The position numbers and the translations under genes are program-made. A stretch of DNA of 64,000 nt. Source: Macrostomum lignano. Taxonomy: Eukaryota. The notes under the pieces are model-generated. The model made no database searches. It was given only the letters and a program-made list of their open reading frames with translations, and was not told the origin of the DNA. The stretch lies in contig NIVC01001216.1 of NCBI GenBank assembly GCA_002269645.1, positions 1 through 64,000 of the forward strand, written 5' to 3'. Position 1 is the stretch's first letter, and each line of letters begins with the position of its first letter. This document shows, in pieces, positions 1-11,568 of this stretch.

Positions 1-847
1 TTATAGAGGAGGGTTGAAACGTACATAATCAGCCCCAGTGTACATTCAATTCAGTCGGTGTACACTGGGGGAGAGAGAAACTAAAATTCCTTACATTTGC
101 AAGCACTCTAAAAGCTCTCAGCCTGTGAGACGCTTGCCAAGTGAAGCCCCCCAGGCATAGAGGGTTTCCCAACCTCTCCCTTGACTTTACTAGTAAAATC
201 GTACGTAAGCGCCTTGTCTGGTTCAGTTCTAGACTAACTGGCAAAGCCCTGCAACTCCTTTTTTTACTAAAAAGCCAGCGATCAGATAGATCAGTACGTA
301 ATAGATTAAGACATATACAGTTACTTTTAAAAATAGCTTCCTTCATATTTTTAGTTAGACAGGTAATAAAAGGCTTCTTTGTTTCTGTTGTGTTTCAACT
401 AGCTAAGCTTGATATAGAAACAAGAGTCGACAGGCGTTTTGTATAGTAAGCTAAAGAAAAGAAAGAGGATAATCAGCAGCACACAGACTACGAGAGGACT
501 TACGAGTGCGAGACTAAGAGAATCAAGTGAGACTCAAGAGTCCAGAGACGAGACGAGGATCAAAAAGACGAAGGGAGCGCCTTGACGCAATTAATTTGAA
601 ACTTTGAAAGCATAAAAAGGCCTTTGACTGCTGATAGATAAGCAATATAATACTGCTTACTGTCTATTCTAAGAGCAACAGAGAAGTCGAAGAAGAAGAA
701 GAATCGATCGATCCGAGGGGCAGGCAAAGAGGAAAAAAGGAAAGATATTAAAACAAGATTACCGGAAGCTTAATCAACTCTCGTCTTGAGACTATATATA
801 TTATATTATTTAGAGTAAAAAGCATAAAGGGTTTTATTAGATCAGCA

Positions 848-3800
848 ATGACGGCCGCTACAACCTACGCGACTGCAATGCCTATTGACGATGAAAGCAA
901 CAATGACCAGTTTGGCGGCAGCGACACGGAAGAAGACAAGAACAAGAGGAATCACCTCCGCCTGCTACTCCAGACGATACCGTCTATTGCAACAAGCAGC
1001 TCACTGCACATTTAATCAAACAGCTTTGCTCAAGAACTAATAGACGGTCTACTAACAATCATTTTAATGGCTCTGCTAGAAGCAGCAGCAGCAGCAATAA
1101 CAGTAGCTATAGAAGCAGTGGTATTGGGAATAATAATAACATATTAGTTGGCAACAGTAGCAATGGTCCCGTAGGCTACGACAGAAGCAACAGTGACAGC
1201 ACCAGATCTTATTCGCCAGTCGAGACTCAGTCAGCCGAGCAGAGTCTGATCAGGCCGCCTCAGCTTCAGCAGCCTCATTATCAGGCTCAAGCTCCAGTTG
1301 TTCAGCGAGACTCTATAGATAGTAGCCAGGTAAGTTCTGGCTATCTGTCAGCCTCGTCAGCTTCCGGGATATCCGGCCTCTATGGCGCTTCGCCAGCTTA
1401 CGTCTCTCCATTCGCTCTGTCCCCGTTGAACGAGAACGCGCCTAGATCTTCGGCTTGGTCTCGGCCGGCAATCAGTCTGGACGTAATTAAAAGTGCACGA
1501 ACCGCGGAACTGGAGACGGTATTGTTTAAATTGTGCGACGAATTTGAGGATCGGCTGCACGGAAGATTCGATAGTTTTAGTTCCAGGTTTGTTTCTCATT
1601 TGCTTTATAGATTCTATTGCTGGGTTACCTCCTTTGTTCAAGTGCCCCCTGCCCTTTAACTGTTAAGTTCAGGGATACTCTGTCCTTCATAGGTTCATTT
1701 CAATTTCAGGGGCTCCCTGTCCTTCAGATGTTCAGTTTAGGGACACCTGTCTTTAGGCTCCTATGTTTCTGCCTTCAAGCTACCATGTTCCTGTCCTTCA
1801 GGTTCCTCTGTTCCTGTCCGTTAGGTTCCCCTGTTCCTGTCCGTTAGGTTCCCCTGTTCCTGTCCGTTAGGTTCCCCTATTCCGGTCCGTTAGGTTCCCC
1901 TGTTCCGGTCCGTTAGGTTCCCCTGTTCCGGTCCGTTAGGTTCCCCTATTCCGGTCCGTTAGGTTCCCCTGTTCCTGTCCGTTAGGTTCCCCTGTTCCTG
2001 TCCTTCAGGTTCCTCTGTTCCTGTCCGTTAGGTTCCCCTGTTCCTGTCCGTTAGGTTCCCCTGTTCCGGTCCGTTAGGTTCCCCTGTTCCTGTCCTTCAG
2101 GTTCCTCTGTTCCTGTCCGTTAGGTTCCCCTGTTCCTGTCCGTTAGGTTCCCCTGTTCCTGTCCGTTAGGTTCCCCTATTCCGGTCCGTTAGGTTCCCCT
2201 GTTCCTGTCCGTTAGGTTCCTCTGTTCCTGTCCTTCAGGTTCCTCTGTTCCTGTCCGTTAGGTTCCCCTGTTCCTGTCCGTTAGGTTCCCCTGTTCCGGT
2301 CCGTTAGGTTCCCCTGTTCCTGTCCTTAGGTTCCTCTGTTCCTGTCCTTCAGGTTCCTCTGTTCCTGTCCGTTAGGTTCCCCTGTTCCTGTCCGTTAGGT
2401 TCCCCTGTTCCTGTCCTTCAGGTTCCTCTGTTCCTGTCCGTTAGGTTCCCCTGTTCCTGTCCGTTAGGTTCCCCTGTTCCTGTCCTTCAGGTTCCTCTGT
2501 TCCTGTCCGTTAGGTTCCCCTGTTCCTGTCCGTTAGGTTCCCCTGTTCCTGTCCGTTAGGTTCCCCTATTCCGGTCCGTTAGGTTCCCCTGTTCCTGTCC
2601 GTTAGGTTCCCCTGTTCCGGTCCGTTAGGTTCCCCTGTTCCTGTCCTTCAGGTTCCTCTGTTCCTGTCCGTTAGGTTCCCCTGTTCCTGTCCGTTAGGTT
2701 CCCCTGTTCCTGTCCGTTAGGTTAGGTTCCTCTGTTCCTGTCCTTCAGGTTCCTCTGTTCCTGTCCGTTAGGTTCCCCTGTTCCTGTCCGTTAGGTTCCC
2801 CTGTTCCGGTCCGTTAGGTTCCCCTGTTCCTGTCCTTCAGGTTCCTCTGTTCCTGTCCTTCAGGTTCCTCTGTTCCTGTCCGTTAGGTTCCCCTGTTCCT
2901 GTCCGTTAGGTTCCCCTGTTCCTGTCCTTCAGGTTCCTCTGTTCCTGTCCGTTAGGTTCCCCTGTTCCTGTCCGTTAGGTTCCCCTGTTCCTGTCCTTCA
3001 GGTTCCTCTGTTCCTGTCCTTCAGACTTCCCTGTTCCTGTCCTTCAGACTCCCATGTTCCTGTCCTTCAGACTTCCCTGTTCCTGCCCTTCAGACTCCCA
3101 TGTTCCTGTCCTTCAGGCTCCCCTGTTCCCAAACTATTTTTACAGACTGGACACCGAACCAGCTACGATCCGCGAGTCAGTTACCCGAGAATTGGAGACC
3201 CTGTTCTATGACGACAATATTCACTGGGGCCGCATCATTGCCGTTTTCGTACTGACTAAAGAAATCTGCGACAAGTGCCTGTCGGAGGGCCGGCCGGAAC
3301 TGTCCGAGGCTGTCCAGCAGTGGGTGGCCGAATTTATTGATCAGCACCTGTGGCAATGGGTGCGGAAGAACCAAGGCTGGGTGAGTTCACTCTCTAATTT
3401 TTTCACTGTCTGACCTCTGGCACTCTCTTGTAGTCTTTGATGTCACTCTGATCTCTGTCTGTCACTTCACTCTGATCTCTGACTGTCACTTCACTCTGAT
3501 CTCTGTCTGTCACTTCTCTCTGATCTCTGTCTGTCACTTCTCTCTGATCTCTGTCTGTCACTTCACTCTGATCTCTGTCTGTCACTTCTCTCTGATCTCT
3601 GTCTGTCACTTCTCTCTGATCTCTGTCTGTCACTTCTCTCTGATCTCTGTCTGTCACTTCGATCTCTCTTTTTCTCTGATCGGTCAGTCCCTGATATCAT
3701 TCATTATTGTTGCCAAATTCCGAACATTTTCCTACACATATATGGAAATCATATATATAGTTTCTCGTATACTAAATATATCTTTATAAAACAAACAATG

Positions 3801-4956
3801 TCTCTAAAATGTTTCTAAAAAAGATTGATGATCTACCTATCTTTGGAGTGTCTGGGTGTTAAACGCAAATTTAACTTAGTATAGACTATAGTGTCATTAT
3901 ATTTAGCCCACACAAGCAAAGTGGTATTGAATTTCGGTTCCTTGTATGCAAAACAGTCTACATGATCTATGCGGCTAAAATTCCAGGGTACCGTAATGTG
4001 ATACAGGGGTATTAATTTGAGCCAACGAACCAACTAAATCTATATGCTATAATTGTAATCTCCGTTCGCATGCGACAAGGGCTTAATTTTCTGGCTAAGA
4101 AATGCATATAGCTTGCAAATCGATACTAAATTACATACATACTGTGTCTTCTCTGTCCTGTCTGCCTGGTTTATAATCTTGTTTATAAGATAGGACTAAA
4201 GCTGGACTTAAAAAAACATGGTTAAATGAGATAAGCTTTGTTAGCAGTAAAAAATTTCTGTAAAAGCTTCAAATGTTTTTTGTTTCTGACTCTCAGAGTT
4301 ATGGTTTGAAGGTTGAAGCTGTATTAAGTCAGGTTAGTCAGTCAGTCAGTCACAGTCAGTCAGTCAGTCAGTCAGTCAGTCAGTCAGTCAGTCAGTCAGT
4401 CAGTCAGTCAGTCAGTCAGTCAGCCAGTCAGTCAGTCAGCCAGTCAGTCAGTCAGTCAGTCAGCCAGTCAGTCAGTCAGTCAGTCACAGTCAGTCAGTCA
4501 GTCAGTCAGTCAGTCAGTCAGTCAGTCAGTCAGTCAGTCAGTCAGTCAGTCAGTCAGTCAGTCAGTCAGTCAGTCAGTCAGTCAGTCAGTCAGTCAGTCA
4601 GTCAGTCAGTCAGTCAGTCAGTCAGTCAGTCAGTCAGTCAGTCAGTCAGTCAGTCAGTCAGTCAGTCAGTCAGTCAGTCTGTTAGTCAGTCAGTCAGTCA
4701 GCCAGTCAGCCAGTCAGTCAGTCAGTCAGTCAGTCAGTCAGTCAGTCAGTCAGTCAGTCAGTCAGTCAAACCCGCTATTCCACCTGTTTAGTACGGCCTG
4801 ATAAGGTTCTACCAGGAGACGGGTGGGGACCAGGCGGGCAGCGGAGGCTCCGGCCTGTTCTCCAGCAGCGGTGTGTGGCAGTCGATGGCTCTGCTGCTGA
4901 CGGTGTCAGCGGTGTCAATAGCAATCGCCCTGACGTCCAGCTATTTCAGACGATGA
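848..4956 (+). CDS. Bcl-2 family protein (BH3-BH1-BH2-TM), about 379 aa. Exons 848-1586 (needs a +1 nt correction near 930-940), 3146-3380, 4792-4956
   Basis: BH3-like VLFKLCDEFEDR, BH1 LFYDDNIHWGRIIAVF and BH2 WVRKNQGW|YGLIRFY, with the family-typical phase-0 intron after GW. The C-terminal hydrophobic anchor ends in YFRR*. GT-AG sites are phase-compatible (AG|GTTTGT 1586, TACAG| 3145, TGG|GTGAGT 3380, TTTAG| 4791). The main frame is open 907-1659 but has no ATG; the ATG at 848 is in another frame. Confidence 0.9.
1785..3128. repeat. 23-bp minisatellite (GTTAGGTTCCCCTGTTCCTGTCC) filling Bcl-2 intron 1
   Basis: Tandem copies read directly, with CTTCAG/CGTTAG variants. Confidence 0.97.
3440..3660. 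repeat. 24-bp minisatellite (TCTCTGATCTCTGTCTGTCACTTC) in Bcl-2 intron 2
   Basis: About 9 tandem copies. Confidence 0.95.
4335..4767. repeat. (GTCA)n microsatellite in Bcl-2 intron 2
   Basis: Near-perfect tetranucleotide run ending about 24 nt before the acceptor. Confidence 0.98.
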
Positions 4957-5310
4957 AAAAATTTCTTTCAAATCGATTTTACCAACTCGATTTTCTGTCA
5001 CCGTCATTCTCTCGTGCGTAATTTCTTATAATTTTTTTCGTTTTATCAACTATTTATTTTATGTTTTAAATACTTGAGTTCATGATGTTCGATCGTTGTG
5101 CTCGTCTCATTTTTCTTTCTTATTTGTCAATTAAGGATATTTCCTTGAAGTCTTGTCTGAGAGATAAAATTATTTTCCTATGCTGTGCTTTGCTTTTTTC
5201 CTGTTAATTTTACTTGCGTGTGTAAATGGGTGATTGTCTATGCTCAAAACTGATCTTTACCTTCAATGTCTCTACAATGCTACTTTAAAGAAAGTGGAAA
5301 CACACCTAAT

Positions 5311-6710
5311 CAGTCCCTGAAACACCTGTAGAACAGTCCCTGAAACACCTGTACTGTAGAACAGTCCCTGAAACACCTGTAGAACAGTTCCTGAAACACC
5401 AGTAGAACAGTCCCTGAAACACCTGTACAACAGTCCCTGAAACACCTGTAGAACAGTCCCTGAAATACCTGTAGAACAGTCCCTGAAACACCTGTAGAAC
5501 AGTCCCTGAAACACCTGTAGAACAGTCCCTGAAACACCTGTAGAACAGTCCCTGAAATACCTGTAGAACAGTCCCTGAAACACCTGTAGAACAGTCCCTG
5601 AAATACCTGTAAAACAGTCCCTGAAATACCTGTAGAACAGTCCCTGAAACACCTGTAGAACAGTCCCTGAAACACCTGTAGAACAATCCCTGAAACAACT
5701 GTAGAACAGTCCCTGAAACACCTGTAGAACAGTCCCTGAAACACCTGTAGAACAGTCCCTGAAATACCTGTAGAACAGTCCCTTAAATACCTGTAGAACA
5801 GTCCCTGAAACACCTGTACAACAGTCCCTGAAACACCTGTAGAACAGTCCCTGAAATACCTGTAGAACAGTCCCTGAAACACCTGTAGAACAGTCCCTGA
5901 AACACCTGTAGAACAGTCCCTGAAACACCTGTAGAACAGTCCCTGAAATACCTGTAGAACAGTCCCTGAAACACCTGTAGAACAGTCCCTGAAACACCTG
6001 TAGAACAGTCCCTGAAATACCTGTAGAACAGTCCCTGAAATACCTGTAGAACAGTCCCTGAAACACCTGTAGAACAGTCCCTGAAACACCTGTAGAACAG
6101 TCCCTGAAACACCTGTAGAACAGTCCCTGAAATACCTGTAGAACAGTCCCTGAAACACCTGTAGAACAGTCCCTGAAACACCTGTAGAACAGTCCCTGAA
6201 ATACCTGTAGAACAGTCCCTTAAATACCTGTAGAACAGTCCCTGAAACACCTGTACAACAGTCCCTGAAACACCTGTAGAACAGTCCCTGAAATACCTGT
6301 AGAACAGTCCCTGAAACACCTGTAGAACAGTCCCTGAAACACCTGTAGAACAGTCCCTGAAACACCTGTAGAACAGTCCCTGAAATACCTGTAGAACAGT
6401 CCCTGAAACACCTGTAGAACAGTCCCTGAAATACCTGTAAAACAGTCCCTGAAATACCTGTAGAACAGTCCCTGAAACACCTGTAGAACAGTCCCTGAAA
6501 TACCTGTAGAACAGTCCCTGAAACACCTGTAGAACAGTCCCTGAAATACCTGTAGAACAGTCCCTGAAATACCTGTAGAACAGTCCCTGAAACACCTGTA
6601 GAACAGTCCTTGAAACGCCTGTAGAACAGTCCCTGAAATACCTGTAGAACAGTCCCTGAAACACCTGTAGAACAGTCCTTGAAACGCCTGTAGAATAGTC
6701 GTGTGGAAGC
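5311..6710. repeat. 23-bp minisatellite (AGTCCCTGAAACACCTGTAGAAC) downstream of the Bcl-2 gene
   Basis: About 60 tandem copies; it explains the overlapping repetitive ORFs. Confidence 0.97.
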
Positions 6711-8220
6711 ACCTGTAAATAGATAATCCTAGATACTAAAAAGGATTTGTCCTAAGCTCCTAAAATTAGTTTCTTTAAAAATCTAGAAACACATGTTGAT
6801 GCTACGAGTAGTTGTGTCCATCAGATGACACTGTCAGTAATTTGTTAAGTTGCACATTTGATAGTGAAAAACAAATTTTCACTGTTTACACTCGACTAAA
6901 AGTAGTGGATGCAATAGTTTCCAAGTCATACGAGCACGTCAAATTAATTTTGACATTGTCATTTTCAAAATGTCATTTCCAGCCCTATTTCGAACGTTGG
7001 AGGAGGGTTATTTTAAAAGGTTTTTCAGTTGTAAAGTTGTCAAATCCAGTTTTTAATTGTTGTATCAGTGTACCTTCATCTAAGCGTACAATTCGTTAAT
7101 TTGTTCTACCCCTTCAATAAATACTGTTGCAGCTTACGTGTTATAACAAATCGAATTAGCTTGTTGCGTCATACTTTTATTTGATTTTTTATAATAGCTT
7201 TACGATAGTTATTTTCGTCAACTAATAATATTTGTAGAATGTAACCTTTTCACTGGCGGTGGTACGATTAGCGAACTTTATAATTGCGAGCTAGTGTGTC
7301 ATTTTTAGTTATATGAATAATGATCTATCAAGCTTGTACATGTAACAGCACGTACCTATAGCTGATGCATATATTCTTATTACATTTTAACTAACCCCGT
7401 GCACGTGCAGTCCTTTGTACTTTTACATAAATTATGCATGGCAAAAGTTCAATTAAAACAATGTATTTCCTGTAAATTGTTTGTCTCATAAATATGCCAC
7501 GAGTAGCTATTGAAGATATAATAAACAGTGTGTTAAATTTGAAATTATAGTCATAAGTATGTATGTACCCGTCGATGAATATGTTACTCCTAAGTCCACG
7601 CACCCATATTTGGCGGCTTATGTTGTTAATAAATTGCATGCATGCTTTAAACTAACCGATTCATGCATGGGTGTCTTTAGCGAATTTATTATAAGTTATG
7701 GCGCACCTAGATAAGTCTATTTTTACATTTTACTGCCAACTGGAGACCGGATTTCCCGAACCTAGAGTTGTTCAGACTAAGGCTTTATAATAAACGTTAC
7801 ATATTCCCGATTCATCACATGTACATTACTCGTGATGGAAGTTAAACTCTATGGACTAGCTTATGGACTCTATGGACTACATGTATGAAAAATCTCCCTA
7901 TCTCCTAATTCAATAAGTTCAAATCAAAAACGTCTTGTCGTCATAGCTTGTTCGAAATATAAGAGTTATACATACTAGATGCATGTACAAATGAATAATT
8001 TTTGCATGGACACCAACACTTTTAGTGCTAAAAAGGCATATGCATGATGCACACTGGGAATTTAACGTCGTTTTTTCTATAATTTGTGCGCAAGCGAATT
8101 CCGGCCACCAGCTCGCTTCCATGCAGCTATACACATCAGACCCGTTCAGTTGCCGTCAGGAGACCCATCACAGAAGCTCTTTCTTGGTGAAGAAATGTCT
8201 TATAAGCTCAGTTGCTAACA

Positions 8221-8920
8221 GCTCAGATGGATCCCGGGCCACGCCGGCTTCCTCGGCAACGAGCGCGCTGACCTGCTGGCCATGCAAGGCTGGCTCCGTC
8301 GGCGCGCTGCTGGGGCCGGGCCCGGAGCCCCCATCCCCGCCTCGGTGATCAATTCCCGCGTTAAGCGCTGGGCTGACTCCGAGCATCTCCGCAGGTGGCA
8401 CGACACCCGGAATTGTAGGCAATCCCGTGCTGCCGTCCCCTGCCCCTCTCCTCTCCTGCGTAGAGCCCTCCTCAGGCTCAACCGCAGAGACCTCAGAGCA
8501 GTTAGCATGGCCCTCTCCGGGCATGGCTGCTTCTCTCGCCACCGTTTCCTTCAGGGCCAAGTACCCGAGGAGCGGTGCCCCTTCTGCCGCTCAGGCAGTG
8601 AAAACGCCGAGCATTTTATCTGCCACTGCCCGGTTTTCACCAGGGCCAGGCTTACTCACCTCGGGCCAAACCCGGTTCTCTCCGACGTTTGCAGGCCCGA
8701 GAGCATCCCGCTGCTCGCCCGGTACCTCAGGGACACCGGACGAGCTGATTTCTTCCCCACCGTCGGTGAGGAGGACCGCGCTGCAGGCGAGACCGACGGG
8801 TCCCCCTGAGCGACACCACTTCAACGGAAGTCGTTGGTCGCCAGGGGCTAGCGGAATGGGCGGTCTCCTCCGCCTCCTCGCTGCATCCGCCGGACGCCCC
8901 CTGCAGCTAAGTCAAGTAAG
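8221..8920 (+). mobile_element. 5'-truncated non-LTR retrotransposon (I-group: RNase H C-terminus plus CCHC zinc finger), 700 bp
   Basis: Encodes WIPGHAGFLGNERADLLA (RNase H motif), LSGHGCFSRH and CPFC-x8-H-x4-C. It ends in a TAAGTCAAGTAAG tail. A perfect 13-bp TSD TCAGTTGCTAACA lies at 8208-8220 and 8921-8933. Confidence 0.93.
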
Positions 8921-10177
8921 TCAGTTGCTAACATTGAACTTTTTTATTTTTCTGCATTAGCGAATTCGTTTCTACATTATTTAGATCCCCACACTCAGTA
9001 AACATTGTTTAAACCATAAAAAAGTTCGCAGAAAAAGTGCGAGTTCAAATCGCCCCGATAACCGCAATATGTTCAAGTTCACAACGTCCTGAACTGAACG
9101 TCCACCGGTCCACCCCGTCCGACGCGGTCTGACTGACACTGAGGGTAGTTGTCCAGTCCCGTTTAAAGTTGAATCTTGTCGTCTTGCCCAATCACACTGC
9201 TACATTTATATGTTCTAATATAATGTTATTATTGCTAATAAAAGTAAATGCTCATAGGCCCATAGCTTATATGTTATGTTGGAATTGTATTTAATTTAGC
9301 CATTTATGACTTAGGTTAGGTTTCTACGCCTAGTAGTTTCGAATAAGTATTGAAATAATTTTAGCAATGTTTGAAATATAGTTTATGATATTTAAAGATT
9401 GTTTATAATATCATTTTGGTACTAGGCCTAATCTGAGTTGAATTGAAATTATTAAATGTAAAAAAAACTAGGCCTATGCAATGACAGTTTCATTAAACAA
9501 ATGCCCCCCTGGCCCTGGCTTCTATGCATATTTTTAAATCTTTTCGAAACATTGGGACATAAAAGCAGCTCTTTCTTGATTAGGTCTACACTAAGTAAGT
9601 ACGCTCTTTTCTCTTTAGAATTTTTGTTAATGTTTTCATTAGGGCCTAGGCCTATTCAGTGATAGGGCCTACCTAAACTAATATTAATGTTATTATTATA
9701 ATTTTAATTCATTCATCTTGATTATTTTGTTATATAATTAATACAAAATTTTTTTATTATCAATCTAGTGGCTATGGGTGCCACCAAATTCATCAACATC
9801 AACTCCATAGTTCGGAACACCCTGAATATACGCTGGACAAAAATCTCTTACAATTTTTTTTGGTATACCAGTGTAGACCTATGCCAAATTTTGAGTGCAC
9901 ACCCTGACCCACTTTCAAATCTTCGCCGGTGTTGCAACAATAAATGACCTTTTTTACATTGTGACAATGAATTATTATTTTTTTAAATTGTGTAAAGTAA
10001 CCTTTTTAGCTAACAATTTGGTTAATACTTTAGCTTTTTTGCTGATATTATTTATAGTGAAAACTTGATACACGCAAAGATTTGTTTAAATTTTCTATTA
10101 CAAGCTCTAAAAACCCAGAAAGCTTGAAATTGCTTAAAAATAAACTTGTTTTATGTTTTTTGTTCATTTTTCATGAA

Positions 10178-10491
10178 CATACATGCGCAACCTCCAAATT
10201 TCAGTCAGCCGTGTGACTTAGTTTTAACAAAAATGCGACATAGTTTTTGACCAAAAATGCGACTTACATGTAAAAAAACCGGAATGCAAAATTAATGCAA
10301 CTTTGGGTAAACAGCAGGAGTAACTATGACTATCTTATAAAGCCAAAATGCCTCGTCAGCTACTTAGTACTACTACTCTGTGTTTTTTGGGTTGGAATTT
10401 TTGCAACTTCCTTGGTTGGCTGCCAAATTGGTTGGCCGGATCAGCCGACTTGGCCGGATCGGCCGACTTGGCCGACTGTTGCGCATGTATG
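10178..10491. mobile_element. MITE, 314 bp, 14-bp TIR CATACATGCGCAAC, degenerate 8-bp TSD
   Basis: TIRs at 10178-10191 and 10478-10491; flanks TTCATGAA / TTCACAAA. Same TIR and similar subterminal sequence as 13941-16625. Confidence 0.88.
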
Positions 10492-11302
10492 TTCACAAAC
10501 TCTTCCATGTGATTTTATTAACTGCATGCACACTATTTTCTTAGACTTTTTGATTTTATTCTGCAACTGCAGGAACATGTACACTACTTTTTGAATATGC
10601 ATTCTAATATGCCAGATAGTATGCCAGATTTCAAAAAGTAAAAAATTGTATGTCAAGTGTATACCAAAAGTTGTGAGTATACGCCGGATTAATTTGGTGT
10701 ACCACCCCTCTTCTGGACTATGGCATCAACTCTATTGACAAATTCAATTAACCTTAAGGCAAGCCTAATATGCTATGCTATTGACTAATTCAAGGCAATT
10801 GTCAAGTTTTGTTCATTAAATTATTTTGACTCTTAAAAAGTAATTATTTTAATTTTTTAATTTTTTAAATTTTTATATATATCACACATGTATACCAAAA
10901 GACCAAAATCACTCTTTGTAGACCCATGCTAATATATGAGCTTGTATGCCAATTTTTTGAGTGAACCCTAGAAAATTTTCTTGTGTACATGCCTTCTGTT
11001 CTGGACTATGGTTTATATATTTTTTTTATTACAAAATTTAAGTTCAAATTCAAAACCTTGACTTTTAGAATCAAGCATGTTATAGTTTTGAGTTTTGCAG
11101 ATAATATAGCATATAAGTCAGCTATATTGATAATTGAAGGCATAAATTATTTGTTGTAGATGAATCCTACAAATGCCACCAAGTTGTACTAGAGGACTTA
11201 TTAATATTAAGCTACTATCCTAATTCTGATAAGGGCCTACCAAGTTATAGGGGAAATTTGTTATAATTTAGAATTTTATGAAATTAGAAATTAGAGTCAT
11301 TA

Positions 11303-11568
11303 CCCTATTGCAGCCAATGGCCATTTTCGTGGATGGCGTCCAGCGCGGATTGGCCTGGCGGCGGCGCAGTGCGCGGCAGCGACGCGGCGCGTGGCGGTGG
11401 CGCGCGGTGGCATGTCGTGTGGCGGCGGCGCGCGGCGGCGTGGCGCGGGGCATGGGAAAATTGAACCAAATCACTGATCCTGGGGACTGGCCCTGGCGCG
11501 GTACGGGTAGATGTCTGGCGCGGGAAAGGGGGGCGTCCAGCGCGGTTCAGACCTTGGCTGCAATAGGG
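11303..11568. mobile_element. GC-rich MITE, 266 bp, 15-bp TIR CCCTATTGCAGCCAA, 8-bp TSD AGTCATTA
   Basis: Perfect TIRs at 11303-11317 and 11554-11568; TSD at 11295-11302 and 11569-11576; sharp GC island in AT-rich DNA. Confidence 0.92.

Noticed and set aside
5272-6712. Long repetitive ORFs (264-351 aa)
   Set aside because: They are translations of a 23-bp minisatellite and are open in several frames.
9800-11011. Old element with CCATAGTCCAGAA-like ends (three partial copies)
   Set aside because: It is too degenerate; boundaries and TSD could not be fixed.
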